Assembly (NCBI GenBank): GCA_039190745.1
Contig: JBCCXZ010000012.1
Location: 8,978-72,977, forward strand
Source of the DNA: Planctomycetota bacterium
GTDB lineage: Bacteria > Planctomycetota > Planctomycetia > Pirellulales > Lacipirellulaceae
Direction of reading: 5' to 3'
DNA length: 64,000 bases
The notes under the pieces are model-generated. The model worked only from the letters and a program-made list of their open reading frames with translations, was not told the origin of the DNA and ran no database searches. This document shows positions 49,155-58,252 of the stretch, piece after piece (positions within the stretch are counted from its first letter, which is position 1; each line of letters begins with the position of its first letter). Both the position numbers and the translations under genes were made by a program.

Positions 49155-50504
49155 TTAAGGAGCCGACTCCGTCAGCGCCAACAGCGTCGTCGCCGTGTCG
49201 CTGAGGTTGGCCGTCGTCGCCGACTGCTCCTCGATCGCCGCCGCCACGTTGTTGGTGTTGCTGCTCACTTCGGAGATGCTCGAGTTGATCTCCCCGGTCG
49301 AGTGCACTACCCGCGTGATCTGCGACTTAATCTCTGTCACCACCGTGTCGATATTCTTCGTCGCCTCCGCGGTGCCTTGGGCGAGCTGCTTCACCTCGCT
49401 CGCCACAACGGCAAAGCTGTGCCCGGCGTTCCCCGCACGAGCGGCTTCGATCGTGGCGTTGAGCGCCAGCACCTGCGTTTGGTCCGCGAGGTCCTCGATC
49501 ACCCGAACAACCTCGCCGATGCTCTGGCTGCACTGGTCGAGCGAATGCACGATGTCGATCGTCGAGCTCGCCAGGTCCTTGGTCGTGCTCGCCAGCGAAG
49601 CGGTCCGGTTCACGTTCCGCGAGATCTCGTCGATCGTCGCCGCCATCTCCGTCACGCTGTTTGCCACAGACTTGCCGATCTCCTCGGTCTGCTGCTTCGC
49701 CTGTTTGGCTGCAGTGATGTCGGTCGCAAACTTGATCACCTTGGTGACCTTCCCCCGGCCGTCGAACACGGGGTTGTACGAGGCCTGGATCCAGATCTCG
49801 CGTCCGCCCTTGGCCAGCCGGCAATACTCCGCCGACTGATACTCCCCGCTGTTCAGGCTACGCCAGAAGGCCTTGTACTCCTCACCGGCCGCGTAGTCCG
49901 GGTGGACAAACATCCGGTGGTGCTGGCCGACGATCTCGTTCAGCGAGTATCCTACCGCGGCAAGAAAATTATCATTCGCCGTGATAATTGTGCCGTCGAG
50001 GTTGAACTCGATGACCGCCTGCGACCGGTGGATCGAAGCAATCTGCGCTTTGTTCTCGGCGTTGTGGAGCTTCTCGGCCGTGATGTCGGTCGCAAACTTG
50101 ACGACCTTCACCACCCGGCCCTCACAGTCGAAGACCGGGTTGTACGTCGCCTGGATCCAGATCGAATGCCCGCCCTTCGCCACACGCATGTACTCCGCCG
50201 CCTCGAACTCGCCGCGTCGCAAGCGGTCCCAAAACTGCCGGTAAGCAACGCTCTCCGCCTCCGCCGGCTCAACGAACATCCGGTGGTGCTGGCCTTGGAT
50301 CTCCTGCAGCGTGTACCCCACCGCGCCCAGGAAGTTCTCGTTCGCTGTGAGGATCGTGCCGTCCGGCTCGAACTCGATCACCGCCTGAGAGCGGTTCATC
50401 GCGTCGTACTTCGCTTCCAGCTCGCGGTGGTACGCCTCAACTTCGGGGTCGATCGCCGGAATTTCCTCAACAACTTTTTTGCCTCGACTCAACAGTGCCC
50501 GCAT
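49155..50504 (-). CDS. Soluble PAS-PAS methyl-accepting chemotaxis protein (BdlA-like)
   Basis: Two PAS/PAC repeats (RSQAVIEF...WIQATYNPV...KFATDIT); [13 protein letters not shown]; no TM. Confidence 0.92.
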   Translation of the reverse strand: MRALLSRGKKVVEEIPAIDPEVEAYHRELEAKYDAMNRSQAVIEFEPDGTILTANENFLGAVGYTLQEIQGQHHRMFVEPAEAESVAYRQFWDRLRRGEFEAAEYMRVAKGGHSIWIQATYNPVFDCEGRVVKVVKFATDITAEKLHNAENKAQIASIHRSQAVIEFNLDGTIITANDNFLAAVGYSLNEIVGQHHRMFVHPDYAAGEEYKAFWRSLNSGEYQSAEYCRLAKGGREIWIQASYNPVFDGRGKVTKVIKFATDITAAKQAKQQTEEIGKSVANSVTEMAATIDEISRNVNRTASLASTTKDLASSTIDIVHSLDQCSQSIGEVVRVIEDLADQTQVLALNATIEAARAGNAGHSFAVVASEVKQLAQGTAEATKNIDTVVTEIKSQITRVVHSTGEINSSISEVSSNTNNVAAAIEEQSATTANLSDTATTLLALTESAP

Positions 50505-50784
50505 CTTGTCGCCTCATCTTTGGGTAGAACGCAATACACCTCGGGGCGGCCCTCAAGGACCGCGGCCCGCCACACATCGGCTCGCGGAAGACCGCCCGGC
50601 TAACGCAAAGAATCAGGCAAACAGACCGTTCTTTGCAGAAACCGAAACGCTCAGCCCGGCCGGGCCGATAAGAGTGCTAGGTTTGAGAGGTTTCAAAACC
50701 TCCCAAAACTCGCACATCGAAAACCTAGGACGGACTTGGGCGGCAGGCCGGCGAATTCTTGAGTTTTTTTTGGAGCCCCAGGGC

Positions 50785-51714
50785 ATGAAGAACCCACTCC
50801 TGAGCCCCAAGCAGGTTGCAGACGCCTTGGGCGTGAGCCAATCCTCCGTCCGGCGGTGGTGCGACCAGGGAAAACTCGCCAGCACCCGCACCGCGGGGGG
50901 CCACCGGAAGTTCGCGGTTGAAGCGGTTATCCGGTTCGCACGCGAGATCGGTGCCGACATCCAGAACCCCGAGCTCCTAGGCAATCCCGTCCTGCAGCGC
51001 GGCGGCCTCTCCGCCTCTAGCGTGCAGGACTTTGTCCACGCCCTCCGCAACGACAAGCCGGCGTTCTGCGTCCAAGCACTCGTCGCGGCATTCAACGCCC
51101 CAACCAAGGTCTCCTCCCTGCTCGACGAACTCGTCGGACCGGCAATGCAGCAGATCGGCGCCCTTTGGGAATCGGGCGAAATCAGCGTCGATCAGGAACG
51201 CCGGTCCTGCCAAATCGTCCTCGCAGCGCTCGCGGAGCTAGAAGACCTCCTCCCCAAGCCTGCGGGCGGCGCCCCGCTTGCCATCGGCGGCACCCCCGCG
51301 GGTGACTTCGCCCAAATCGGCACCAGGATGTGCGAGCTCGTACTGAAAGCCAACGGTTGGAATGCACGCCAACTCGGGGCCGGTCTGCCCCCGCAGTACC
51401 TGGCCGCGGCCTGCCGCCGAGAGAACCCCGACTTGCTCTGGATCAGCGCCATCCACCTGCTCGACCCGCAGGCCTTCGCCACCGAGTACCGAGACCGCCT
51501 CGGACCGCTCATCAACCAAGGGCTCCGCGTCGCGCTCGGCGGCAGAGAGATCAGCCCCCACCTGCGAGCCTGCCTGCCCCACGCTTTCTACGGAGAGTCA
51601 ATGACACAACTCGACGCCTACTGCCGAGGGGTCCCCAAACGGCAGGTCGAAGCGCCGATCCCGAGCCTGCTCGCCGAACCCCAGAACACGCCATCGGCTC
51701 CGCTCAATTCCTGA
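50785..51714 (+). CDS. MerR/excisionase-type HTH plus B12-binding-fold regulator (CarH-like architecture)
   Basis: LLSPKQVADALGVSQSSVRRW..RTAGGHRKF; IGALWESGEISVDQE; Rossmann-like C-terminus; ATG 50785 with GGAG. Confidence 0.82.
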   Translation: MKNPLLSPKQVADALGVSQSSVRRWCDQGKLASTRTAGGHRKFAVEAVIRFAREIGADIQNPELLGNPVLQRGGLSASSVQDFVHALRNDKPAFCVQALVAAFNAPTKVSSLLDELVGPAMQQIGALWESGEISVDQERRSCQIVLAALAELEDLLPKPAGGAPLAIGGTPAGDFAQIGTRMCELVLKANGWNARQLGAGLPPQYLAAACRRENPDLLWISAIHLLDPQAFATEYRDRLGPLINQGLRVALGGREISPHLRACLPHAFYGESMTQLDAYCRGVPKRQVEAPIPSLLAEPQNTPSAPLNS

Positions 51715-51777
51715 GTCGAGTCTTCGGCGCGACTACTCTTCTGAAGAACAGCGGGTCTTCTGGAGAACAGCCGAGAG

Positions 51778-52704
51778 CTAGAACAGCCTCAGCGCAGCGT
51801 TCGCGTCGACGTACTCGTCGACCGCGGCCTTGTACGCCGCAGCGACACGCCGCGTGACCGGCCCGCCGCCTCCAGGCAGGTCCAACGACCGCTCACGAGA
51901 GAGCATCAAAGAAGCCACGGGCATCACCTCCCGCGTCGAACTCGTCACAAAGCACTCCGATACATCGGCCAGGTCGTCGACCGAAAGTTCTCGAGCACCG
52001 ACGGGAAAACCCTCCCGCTCGCTCATCTGCTCGATCGCCCACTTGGTGATCCCGCGCAGAATCCCCGAGGCGGGGCTCGGCGTTACCAACTCGCCGTCGA
52101 GAACGAAAAACACGTTACTCGTCGAGGCCTCGGTCACGTGCCCAGCCGCATTGAGCATCACGCAATCGTCGGCGCCCAGTTCGATCGCCTCGGACACCGC
52201 CAGGATATTGTTCAGGTAGTTCCCGCTCTTGATGTCCGGGTTCAGGGCGTCTGCCGCGTTCCTCCGAACGCTGGTCACCGCCACCCGCATGCCGTGGCTG
52301 TAGTGCTCCGGATTCCACTTAGGAACCGGTTTCACAAGCACGACTAACCGCGTCTCCGCGTCCGGCTGAGGGACCAAGTCCACCGGGCCCCCGCCCCGCG
52401 TGACGTGCCAGCGGACATAAACGTCCTCGCCGCTCGGCGGCTCCGCCGCTTCAATCGTCCGCCGGATCTCTCCGAGGATCTCCTCGCGGGTCTGCCCTAG
52501 CGTCATGTGGATCAACGCCGCCGAGTTCTCCATCCGGTCCATGTGCTCGTGGCAGAACAGCGGCACGCCCGAGTAGGTCCGGAACACCTCGTAAATCGAA
52601 TCCCCATACAGGAACCCTCGGTCGAGCACCGAGACGCTCGCCTCTTCCAACGGAGAAATGGCCCCGTCCACGTTGGCCATAGGGCGGAGCGACTGCGCAA
52701 TCAT
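51778..52704 (-). CDS. Class IV PLP aminotransferase (IlvE/Dat/PabC family)
   Basis: LDRGFLYGDSIYE, IKSGNYL, EASTSNVF, ILRGIT. Confidence 0.92.
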   Translation of the reverse strand: MIAQSLRPMANVDGAISPLEEASVSVLDRGFLYGDSIYEVFRTYSGVPLFCHEHMDRMENSAALIHMTLGQTREEILGEIRRTIEAAEPPSGEDVYVRWHVTRGGGPVDLVPQPDAETRLVVLVKPVPKWNPEHYSHGMRVAVTSVRRNAADALNPDIKSGNYLNNILAVSEAIELGADDCVMLNAAGHVTEASTSNVFFVLDGELVTPSPASGILRGITKWAIEQMSEREGFPVGARELSVDDLADVSECFVTSSTREVMPVASLMLSRERSLDLPGGGGPVTRRVAAAYKAAVDEYVDANAALRLF

Positions 52705-52956
52705 CGGCGGGTCTCGGCGGTGGAGGGGCAGCGAACGCTAGGCCCTGGGCTGACCCAACCATTTGAACCTTGCCGGAGGACCGAGTCCACACTCCGGCGA
52801 CACCACGCCCCGCGCAACCGCATCTCTCGGGGGCCGGACCGCGGAAAATCCCCAATGATCCGAGAATTCAGACCAGCAACTCCTGCGATACGCGCAGTGG
52901 ACTCTTCGATTTACTCCAAACAGCGCCCAACGCAGCAATACGCAAGCCCAGTCAAT

Positions 52957-54252
52957 TCACTCTAGGTGCTCTGGGTCGGCACTAAGCAGCACCGCAAACC
53001 AACGCGTCTGCTCAAAGTTTTCCATCACGATTTTCACCACCATCGTTAGCGGCACCGAAAACAACAGCCCCACCGGCCCGAGCACCCAACCCCAAAAAAC
53101 CAAAGACACAAACACCACCAGCGCCGAAAGCCCCAGGTCTTTGCCCATCACCTTTGGCTCCAGCAGGTTGCTCACTACGAGGTTAATCACCCCATAGCCC
53201 GCCGCGGTCAGCAGCCCGCGCGACACGTTGAACAAATCCTCGTTCTGCGAAGGTTCGATCTCGATCAATGCGACAATTACCGCCGGGATCGCCGCGATGA
53301 ACGAACCGATGTTCGGGATGAAGTTCAAGAGAAACGCCATCAAGGCCCACAGCTCCGCGTACTTCACGCCCAAAGCTCTGAGCAACAGCCACACGCACGC
53401 ACCCAGCAGCAGGCTGATCCACGTCTTCAGCGTTGTGTAACGCAGCACCGCCACACGGATCTTCTCCGCCTGCTCCAAAGTCCGCGTCGTGCCGCCGGAC
53501 AAGACAATCAGCTTCCGAGACATCCCCGAAGCTTCCAGAAGCATGAACAGCACCGTCATCAACACGAGGAACGCATTGCTGAACAGAGTGCTCAGCCCCC
53601 CCAGAAAGCTCGTCAGGAAACCGATCAACTGGCCGGCGAGTTTCCCGACTTCCTCGTTCACCGTCTCCTCAGGCTCTGTTTCTCCACCCCCTGCTTCCTC
53701 AGTCTCTGCTTCTTCAGTCGCTGCTTCCTCATTGGCTTCTCCGACGACGCCCTTCGAGTCCGACGCATCGCCAGGCTCCACGCCAGAAATGGCCTCTCCT
53801 TCCTCGCTCAGCCCCGCTACGGCTTGGTCAGCCTCTACAGACCCCGCCGGATCAACCGGCGAAAATTCAGGCTCACCATCGCCACGAAAGAGCGACGTCG
53901 ACACGCCGTGAGCATCGAGCCAGTCCAAAGAGCGGTCGACCCCCACGCGGATCGCGGCCCGGTACTCGCTATCTTTCCCCACAAAGTCCGCAATCGACCG
54001 CGTCGCGATCCCCGCCGCCGCGAGCATCAAGAGCGTCACCCCCAAGATCACAACACCGAGCGCCACCATCTGCGGGAGCCCCCGCTTCTCTAACGCCTGC
54101 ATCGCCGGGGCGCACAGCACCGCCAAGAACGCCGCCACCAAGAACGGCACGACCAACGGCTGCGCCGCACGCAGCCCCGCCACCACAATCACCAGGGCCG
54201 CCATCCCCAGAAGCCATCGGAACGGATCGGCGCGGGTCTCGGGAGTCGACAT
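52957..54252 (-). CDS. AI-2E family transporter with acidic insertion
   Basis: LNFIPNIGS, LEPKVMG..LGLS, WGWVLGPVG..LSVPLT-type motifs; start moved to MSTPET. Confidence 0.88.
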   Translation of the reverse strand: MSTPETRADPFRWLLGMAALVIVVAGLRAAQPLVVPFLVAAFLAVLCAPAMQALEKRGLPQMVALGVVILGVTLLMLAAAGIATRSIADFVGKDSEYRAAIRVGVDRSLDWLDAHGVSTSLFRGDGEPEFSPVDPAGSVEADQAVAGLSEEGEAISGVEPGDASDSKGVVGEANEEAATEEAETEEAGGGETEPEETVNEEVGKLAGQLIGFLTSFLGGLSTLFSNAFLVLMTVLFMLLEASGMSRKLIVLSGGTTRTLEQAEKIRVAVLRYTTLKTWISLLLGACVWLLLRALGVKYAELWALMAFLLNFIPNIGSFIAAIPAVIVALIEIEPSQNEDLFNVSRGLLTAAGYGVINLVVSNLLEPKVMGKDLGLSALVVFVSLVFWGWVLGPVGLLFSVPLTMVVKIVMENFEQTRWFAVLLSADPEHLE

Positions 54253-54349
54253 CGCTGGGTGGCTCGGGGTTCGTAGATTCGTAAACCAGAGCCCGAAGTC
54301 TAGCCGGTCCGCCACCGAGCACCCACCCGACTCACGCCGTCCCCCCGAC

Positions 54350-55153
54350 TCATGCGATCCGCACGCCCCAGAACAGAGACACGTCCGAACCCTCCGCAAC
54401 CAACGCCGAGTGGGGCTGCGACGACAAGGCCGTCGCGAACTCCGCCCCGTAGAGCGACGCCACGTCCGCCTCGAACCGCACCGACTCCGCGTCCCACACC
54501 CCCCACCGCGGGTGCTCCACCGCGTACTCCAGCGTCCCGCCGTCCCGCTGACGAGAGTAACCCCAGTAGTGCTCCGTGATGAACTCCGCCAGCGAACCGT
54601 GCTCCAACGGCTTCAACGGACCAGCAGTCTCAGCACGCAGCGTCGACCACTCGTTCCCCTGCCGCCACTGGTAGCAGAAGTCCCCGCCCTGCGCCTTGTT
54701 GGCCTCGTCCCGCCAATCGATCCGGTAACGCATCGGCGCCCGCTCGTACTTCTCACGGAACAACGTCCTCGCCACGAAGGTCACGCTCCGGCTCGGCACG
54801 AGTTCTTTCACAAACACAACGCCCCGCCGCTCCTCCCCGTCCACAACCCGCTTCACGTAGAAACGCAGGTTGACCTCGTCGAACCGCCGGTGCAATGGGA
54901 TCGGCACACGACCGAACAGCTTCGTGTCGTCGAACAGAAACCCGACCATACTCGCCAGGCACTCCCCGCGCCACAGGTCGAGTTCCGTCCCCCGCGGGAC
55001 CATCGGTTCAAGCACCGCCGGGTCTACCCGGTAATTGACCATCAACAGCCAACGCCAGTGAGCCGTCAAGAACGGCGTTCGGGTACGGGACGCCAAGTTG
55101 CCCTCCGGTCGTGTGCAACGGATCGAGGATGCTGTCCTCAAATGAACCGTCAT
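54350..55153 (-). CDS. DUF2071/YqjF family protein
   Basis: FLTAHWRWL, FDEVNLRFYV, FITEHYWGY, VEHPRW; start uncertain. Confidence 0.85.
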   Translation of the reverse strand: MTVHLRTASSIRCTRPEGNLASRTRTPFLTAHWRWLLMVNYRVDPAVLEPMVPRGTELDLWRGECLASMVGFLFDDTKLFGRVPIPLHRRFDEVNLRFYVKRVVDGEERRGVVFVKELVPSRSVTFVARTLFREKYERAPMRYRIDWRDEANKAQGGDFCYQWRQGNEWSTLRAETAGPLKPLEHGSLAEFITEHYWGYSRQRDGGTLEYAVEHPRWGVWDAESVRFEADVASLYGAEFATALSSQPHSALVAEGSDVSLFWGVRIA

Positions 55154-55195
55154 CCCCCCGGTTCTACAACGCCGGGAATCAATGAGATTTCAGTA

Positions 55196-55521
55196 GCAAT
55201 AGGCCGCGCAGTTATCTATACATAAGAACACTTACAGTTTGGCTCAGAGCTATCCCCGGGTAGCCTTCGACCTGCGCGTCGATGGCAGCCCAGACAAGGC
55301 CGGAGCCCCCAAGAGCACGCACAAGTCCTCAGAAAGTCGACCATTTCAGACGCAAACACGAATGATTAAGACCGACGCCAGACCTGTCAGAGCTTTCTAT
55401 ACAAGCACCGACCGAGTGTTGGACCGGACAAAAGAACAGACTTTTGGCGTATCGCCGCGTGTACCCGATTCCGGGTCTAAAGACAAAACAGACCCAGGCC
55501 CGCGGATCTCAATCAGCGGGC
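55196..55521. repeat. Mosaic non-coding repeat element, copy 1
   Basis: Reverse complement of 61054-61384; 101-nt block 55421-55521 with 2 mismatches and 57-nt block 55324-55380 with 3 mismatches. Confidence 0.9.
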
Positions 55522-55525
55522 TGCT

Positions 55526-56947
55526 TCAATCGGCAGTCGAAGCAACCCTCAGCGACTCCGAAAGCCACCACCCCAAACGACCCAACAGCCGGAAGTAGAC
55601 CAGCCCTGCCGCCACAAGCATCGGAGCCGCCGCCCACGCCGAGTCGCCCATCCAAAGAATCGCAGCCGCACAACCTGCGGCGAGCACCGCAGCCTCCACA
55701 TAGAACAGCAGCCAATGCAGCGGACGCCGCAACACGCTGCCCCAAACGCTCTTGGAAAACACATCCATCGACGAGCCGTTCTCTAAAGCCGAGAGCAGCA
55801 TCACCGGAAAGCACAACAGCACGCCCAACAGCGGCGCGACCACGCGGACTTCCAGTACAAGCGATACTCCGGCCTCTGCCGCACCCCAGTCGCCAAGTGC
55901 CCCGGCCGCCCATCCCGGCAGCGTCGACGCCCCGGCCGAAACCACGATCAACCACAACCAGCCAAACCAATCCGTAAAGTCCCGACCCGGCGGTGAAGCC
56001 AACACGTCGACTCCGTCCGAACTCTCCTCCAGGACCGCTCCGCACAACGAAGCCATCGCGGCCAACCAGATCGGCCCAAGAATGCAGACGCATGCGTACG
56101 CAGCCACTGTCATTAGCGCCCCCGCAACCCCCGCCTGCCCGCCGCCGCCCAGCGCCCCCATTTGCACCGGCACGATCAACAGAGCGATCAGGACCGCCAA
56201 CCAAACCGACAGCCCAAACCACCACACCGACACCGGCGATCGAATGAGCATCCGAGCCACCCCAGAAACCAGCGGCAACCGCGGCGGCTTCTGCGACCTC
56301 TCCAAACGAGGCGCTGTCTCGGATCCCGCGGCACGCGACTCTTCCTCGATCCGCCGAGCCGCCGCCGGCATCGGGCGATCCGTCGGGGCGGAAGACTCGT
56401 CAAGTTGGTACTCGTCCCCGTCCGGCACGAGCACCCGCTGCGAGGCAGCCTCCTCAACCGGGGCCGTCACGACCGTCTTGGCTCCGCAATCCGGGCAGTC
56501 GAGCATCTGCCCTACCTGTTCCGGCCGAGCGTGCATCAGCGTCTGGCACAGCCGGCAATGCACCGCGATGTACCGAGGGTGCCGATCGCGGATCTCACTC
56601 GGGAGCGGCCCGTCGACAGACCACACGCCGTACTGCTGCCCGTGCATCGCCTCAGGAACCACCGGCTCGCGCTCGGGCGGCGGCTCGGGAATCGTGTTCT
56701 TCGTGCCGCAGTCCGGGCACTCTACACGCTTCCCGGCGTACTTCGCCGGCATCGACATGCGTGTCTGGCAAACCCGGCAGCTAAAGCCGACCGAGCGCTC
56801 GGGCCGCGCCTTGGCCGGACCCAAACGAACCACCTCGCCACACCCTCCGCAGCGGATCGGCTTCCCCAAACGGCGGGCGGGTACGTTCAGCACCGCCCGG
56901 CAAGACGGGCAACGGAGCAGCTTCGTCGGCGAACCGGCAGGCGGCAT
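55526..56947 (-). CDS. Membrane protein with three N-terminal zinc-ribbon (CxxC...CxxC) domains
   Basis: CPSC/CGGC, CRVC/CPDC, CRLC/CPDC, then ~6 TMs. Confidence 0.75.
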   Translation of the reverse strand: MPPAGSPTKLLRCPSCRAVLNVPARRLGKPIRCGGCGEVVRLGPAKARPERSVGFSCRVCQTRMSMPAKYAGKRVECPDCGTKNTIPEPPPEREPVVPEAMHGQQYGVWSVDGPLPSEIRDRHPRYIAVHCRLCQTLMHARPEQVGQMLDCPDCGAKTVVTAPVEEAASQRVLVPDGDEYQLDESSAPTDRPMPAAARRIEEESRAAGSETAPRLERSQKPPRLPLVSGVARMLIRSPVSVWWFGLSVWLAVLIALLIVPVQMGALGGGGQAGVAGALMTVAAYACVCILGPIWLAAMASLCGAVLEESSDGVDVLASPPGRDFTDWFGWLWLIVVSAGASTLPGWAAGALGDWGAAEAGVSLVLEVRVVAPLLGVLLCFPVMLLSALENGSSMDVFSKSVWGSVLRRPLHWLLFYVEAAVLAAGCAAAILWMGDSAWAAAPMLVAAGLVYFRLLGRLGWWLSESLRVASTAD

Positions 56948-57075
56948 CAGCTACGATCCCCGGGTTTCAGATGCGTCTCCACTAGACTTTCCCAACTCCA
57001 AGGGCAATTGTAGGCCTCTCACCCCCAGCGGGGCCACCACGCGGTCCCCCGCTGCAAGCCCTGAGGGATAATCAT

Positions 57076-58089
57076 ATGTGGCAGCGAGTCCGCGGGCACG
57101 ATCAAGCCGTCGAGCGTTTCCGCGGATCGCTCCGCGCCGGCCGCTTGGCATCGACCTACTTGCTGGTTGGCCCGTCAGGAGTCGGCAAACGCACGTTTGC
57201 AAACGCGGTTGCCAAAGCAATGCTCTGCACGCGGACGGCCGACAGCCAGCTCGAATCGTGCGGCGAGTGCGACGCCTGCCGACTCTTCGCAGCCGAGAAC
57301 CACCCGGACTTCGACATCGTCCAGCTCCCCGAAGGCAAACGTTCGCTGCCGGTCGAACTCTTTATCGGCGACCGCGAACACCGCAACCGGGCCGGGCTTT
57401 GCCACAGCCTCTCCCTGAAGCCTCAGCTCTCCAACCGGCGTGTCGCGGTCATCGACGACGCCGACCGGCTCACGGTCGAGAGCTCCAACGCCCTGCTCAA
57501 GACGCTTGAAGAGCCGCCCGAGGGCGCACTGTTACTGCTCCTCGCCACAAGCCGAGCCCGTTTGCTGACGACGATCCTCTCACGATGCCAGGTTGTCCGT
57601 TTCGACCTCCTCCCGCCGCAGGAAGTCGCCGCGGTGCTTATTGAGCACCAAGCAGCCGCTACGCCGGAGGAAGCCGCAGAGCTAGCAAGGTTGAGCGGCG
57701 GCAGCGTAGAGACGGCGATGATGATGGCCGACGGCGAAGTAGCAACGGCTCGGGCTGTTTTTCTAGATTCCCTTAGTTCGGACTCGGCTCCCTCGTCGCC
57801 TCGACTCGCGGCCGAGATGAACGGCTTCCTTGACGGAGCTGGCAAAGAGACCGCGAGGCGGCGCAACCGGCTCCGGGTTCTCCTCGTCGCGGCGACCGAA
57901 CACTTCGGCACGATGTTGCGAGCGTCCTCCGCACACGGTGATGCGGCGAGTCAAGAAGCCGCGCTCGAATGCCTCGACGCGACCCTTTCGGCCGAGGATT
58001 ACCTGGACAGAAACTCGAACCTGAACACGCTTGTCGATTGGTGGGCGGACCGATTGGCCGCCCCAATGAATCGGAGCCGAGCCGGGTAA
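57076..58089 (+). CDS. holB: DNA polymerase III subunit delta'
   Basis: GPSGVGK, CGECDAC, HPD, SNALLKTLEEPP, TILSRCQ. Confidence 0.92.
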   Translation: MWQRVRGHDQAVERFRGSLRAGRLASTYLLVGPSGVGKRTFANAVAKAMLCTRTADSQLESCGECDACRLFAAENHPDFDIVQLPEGKRSLPVELFIGDREHRNRAGLCHSLSLKPQLSNRRVAVIDDADRLTVESSNALLKTLEEPPEGALLLLLATSRARLLTTILSRCQVVRFDLLPPQEVAAVLIEHQAAATPEEAAELARLSGGSVETAMMMADGEVATARAVFLDSLSSDSAPSSPRLAAEMNGFLDGAGKETARRRNRLRVLLVAATEHFGTMLRASSAHGDAASQEAALECLDATLSAEDYLDRNSNLNTLVDWWADRLAAPMNRSRAG

Positions 58090-58252
58090 CGGGCGCACCG
58101 GAATCGCAGCTCTGCGCACCGCCTGATTGCTAGGGTTTCCCCTGTTCCCAGCACTGTCCGGGCGCCTTAGACTCAGCCGTTTACGGCAAGGTTTTCTCTC
58201 TTCGCTGTGGGCAACATAGTCCCCGGCTGTTGACGGAGGTTGGTAACAGGCA

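Noticed and set aside
48751..50784. Riboswitch (c-di-GMP or cobalamin) near the MCP and B12-fold regulator
   Set aside because: No consensus elements recognised in either intergenic region.
55211..55235. dif/Xer-like look of GTTATCTATACATAAGAACACTTAC
   Set aside because: Only a loose resemblance; no proper 11-6-11 XerC/XerD arrangement.
55239..55598. ORF MIKTDA...DRTKEQTFGVSPRVP shared by both repeat copies
   Set aside because: Conservation is at nucleotide level including third positions, the frame has different ends in each copy and it runs antisense into neighbours; treated as non-coding, though a small peptide is not excluded.
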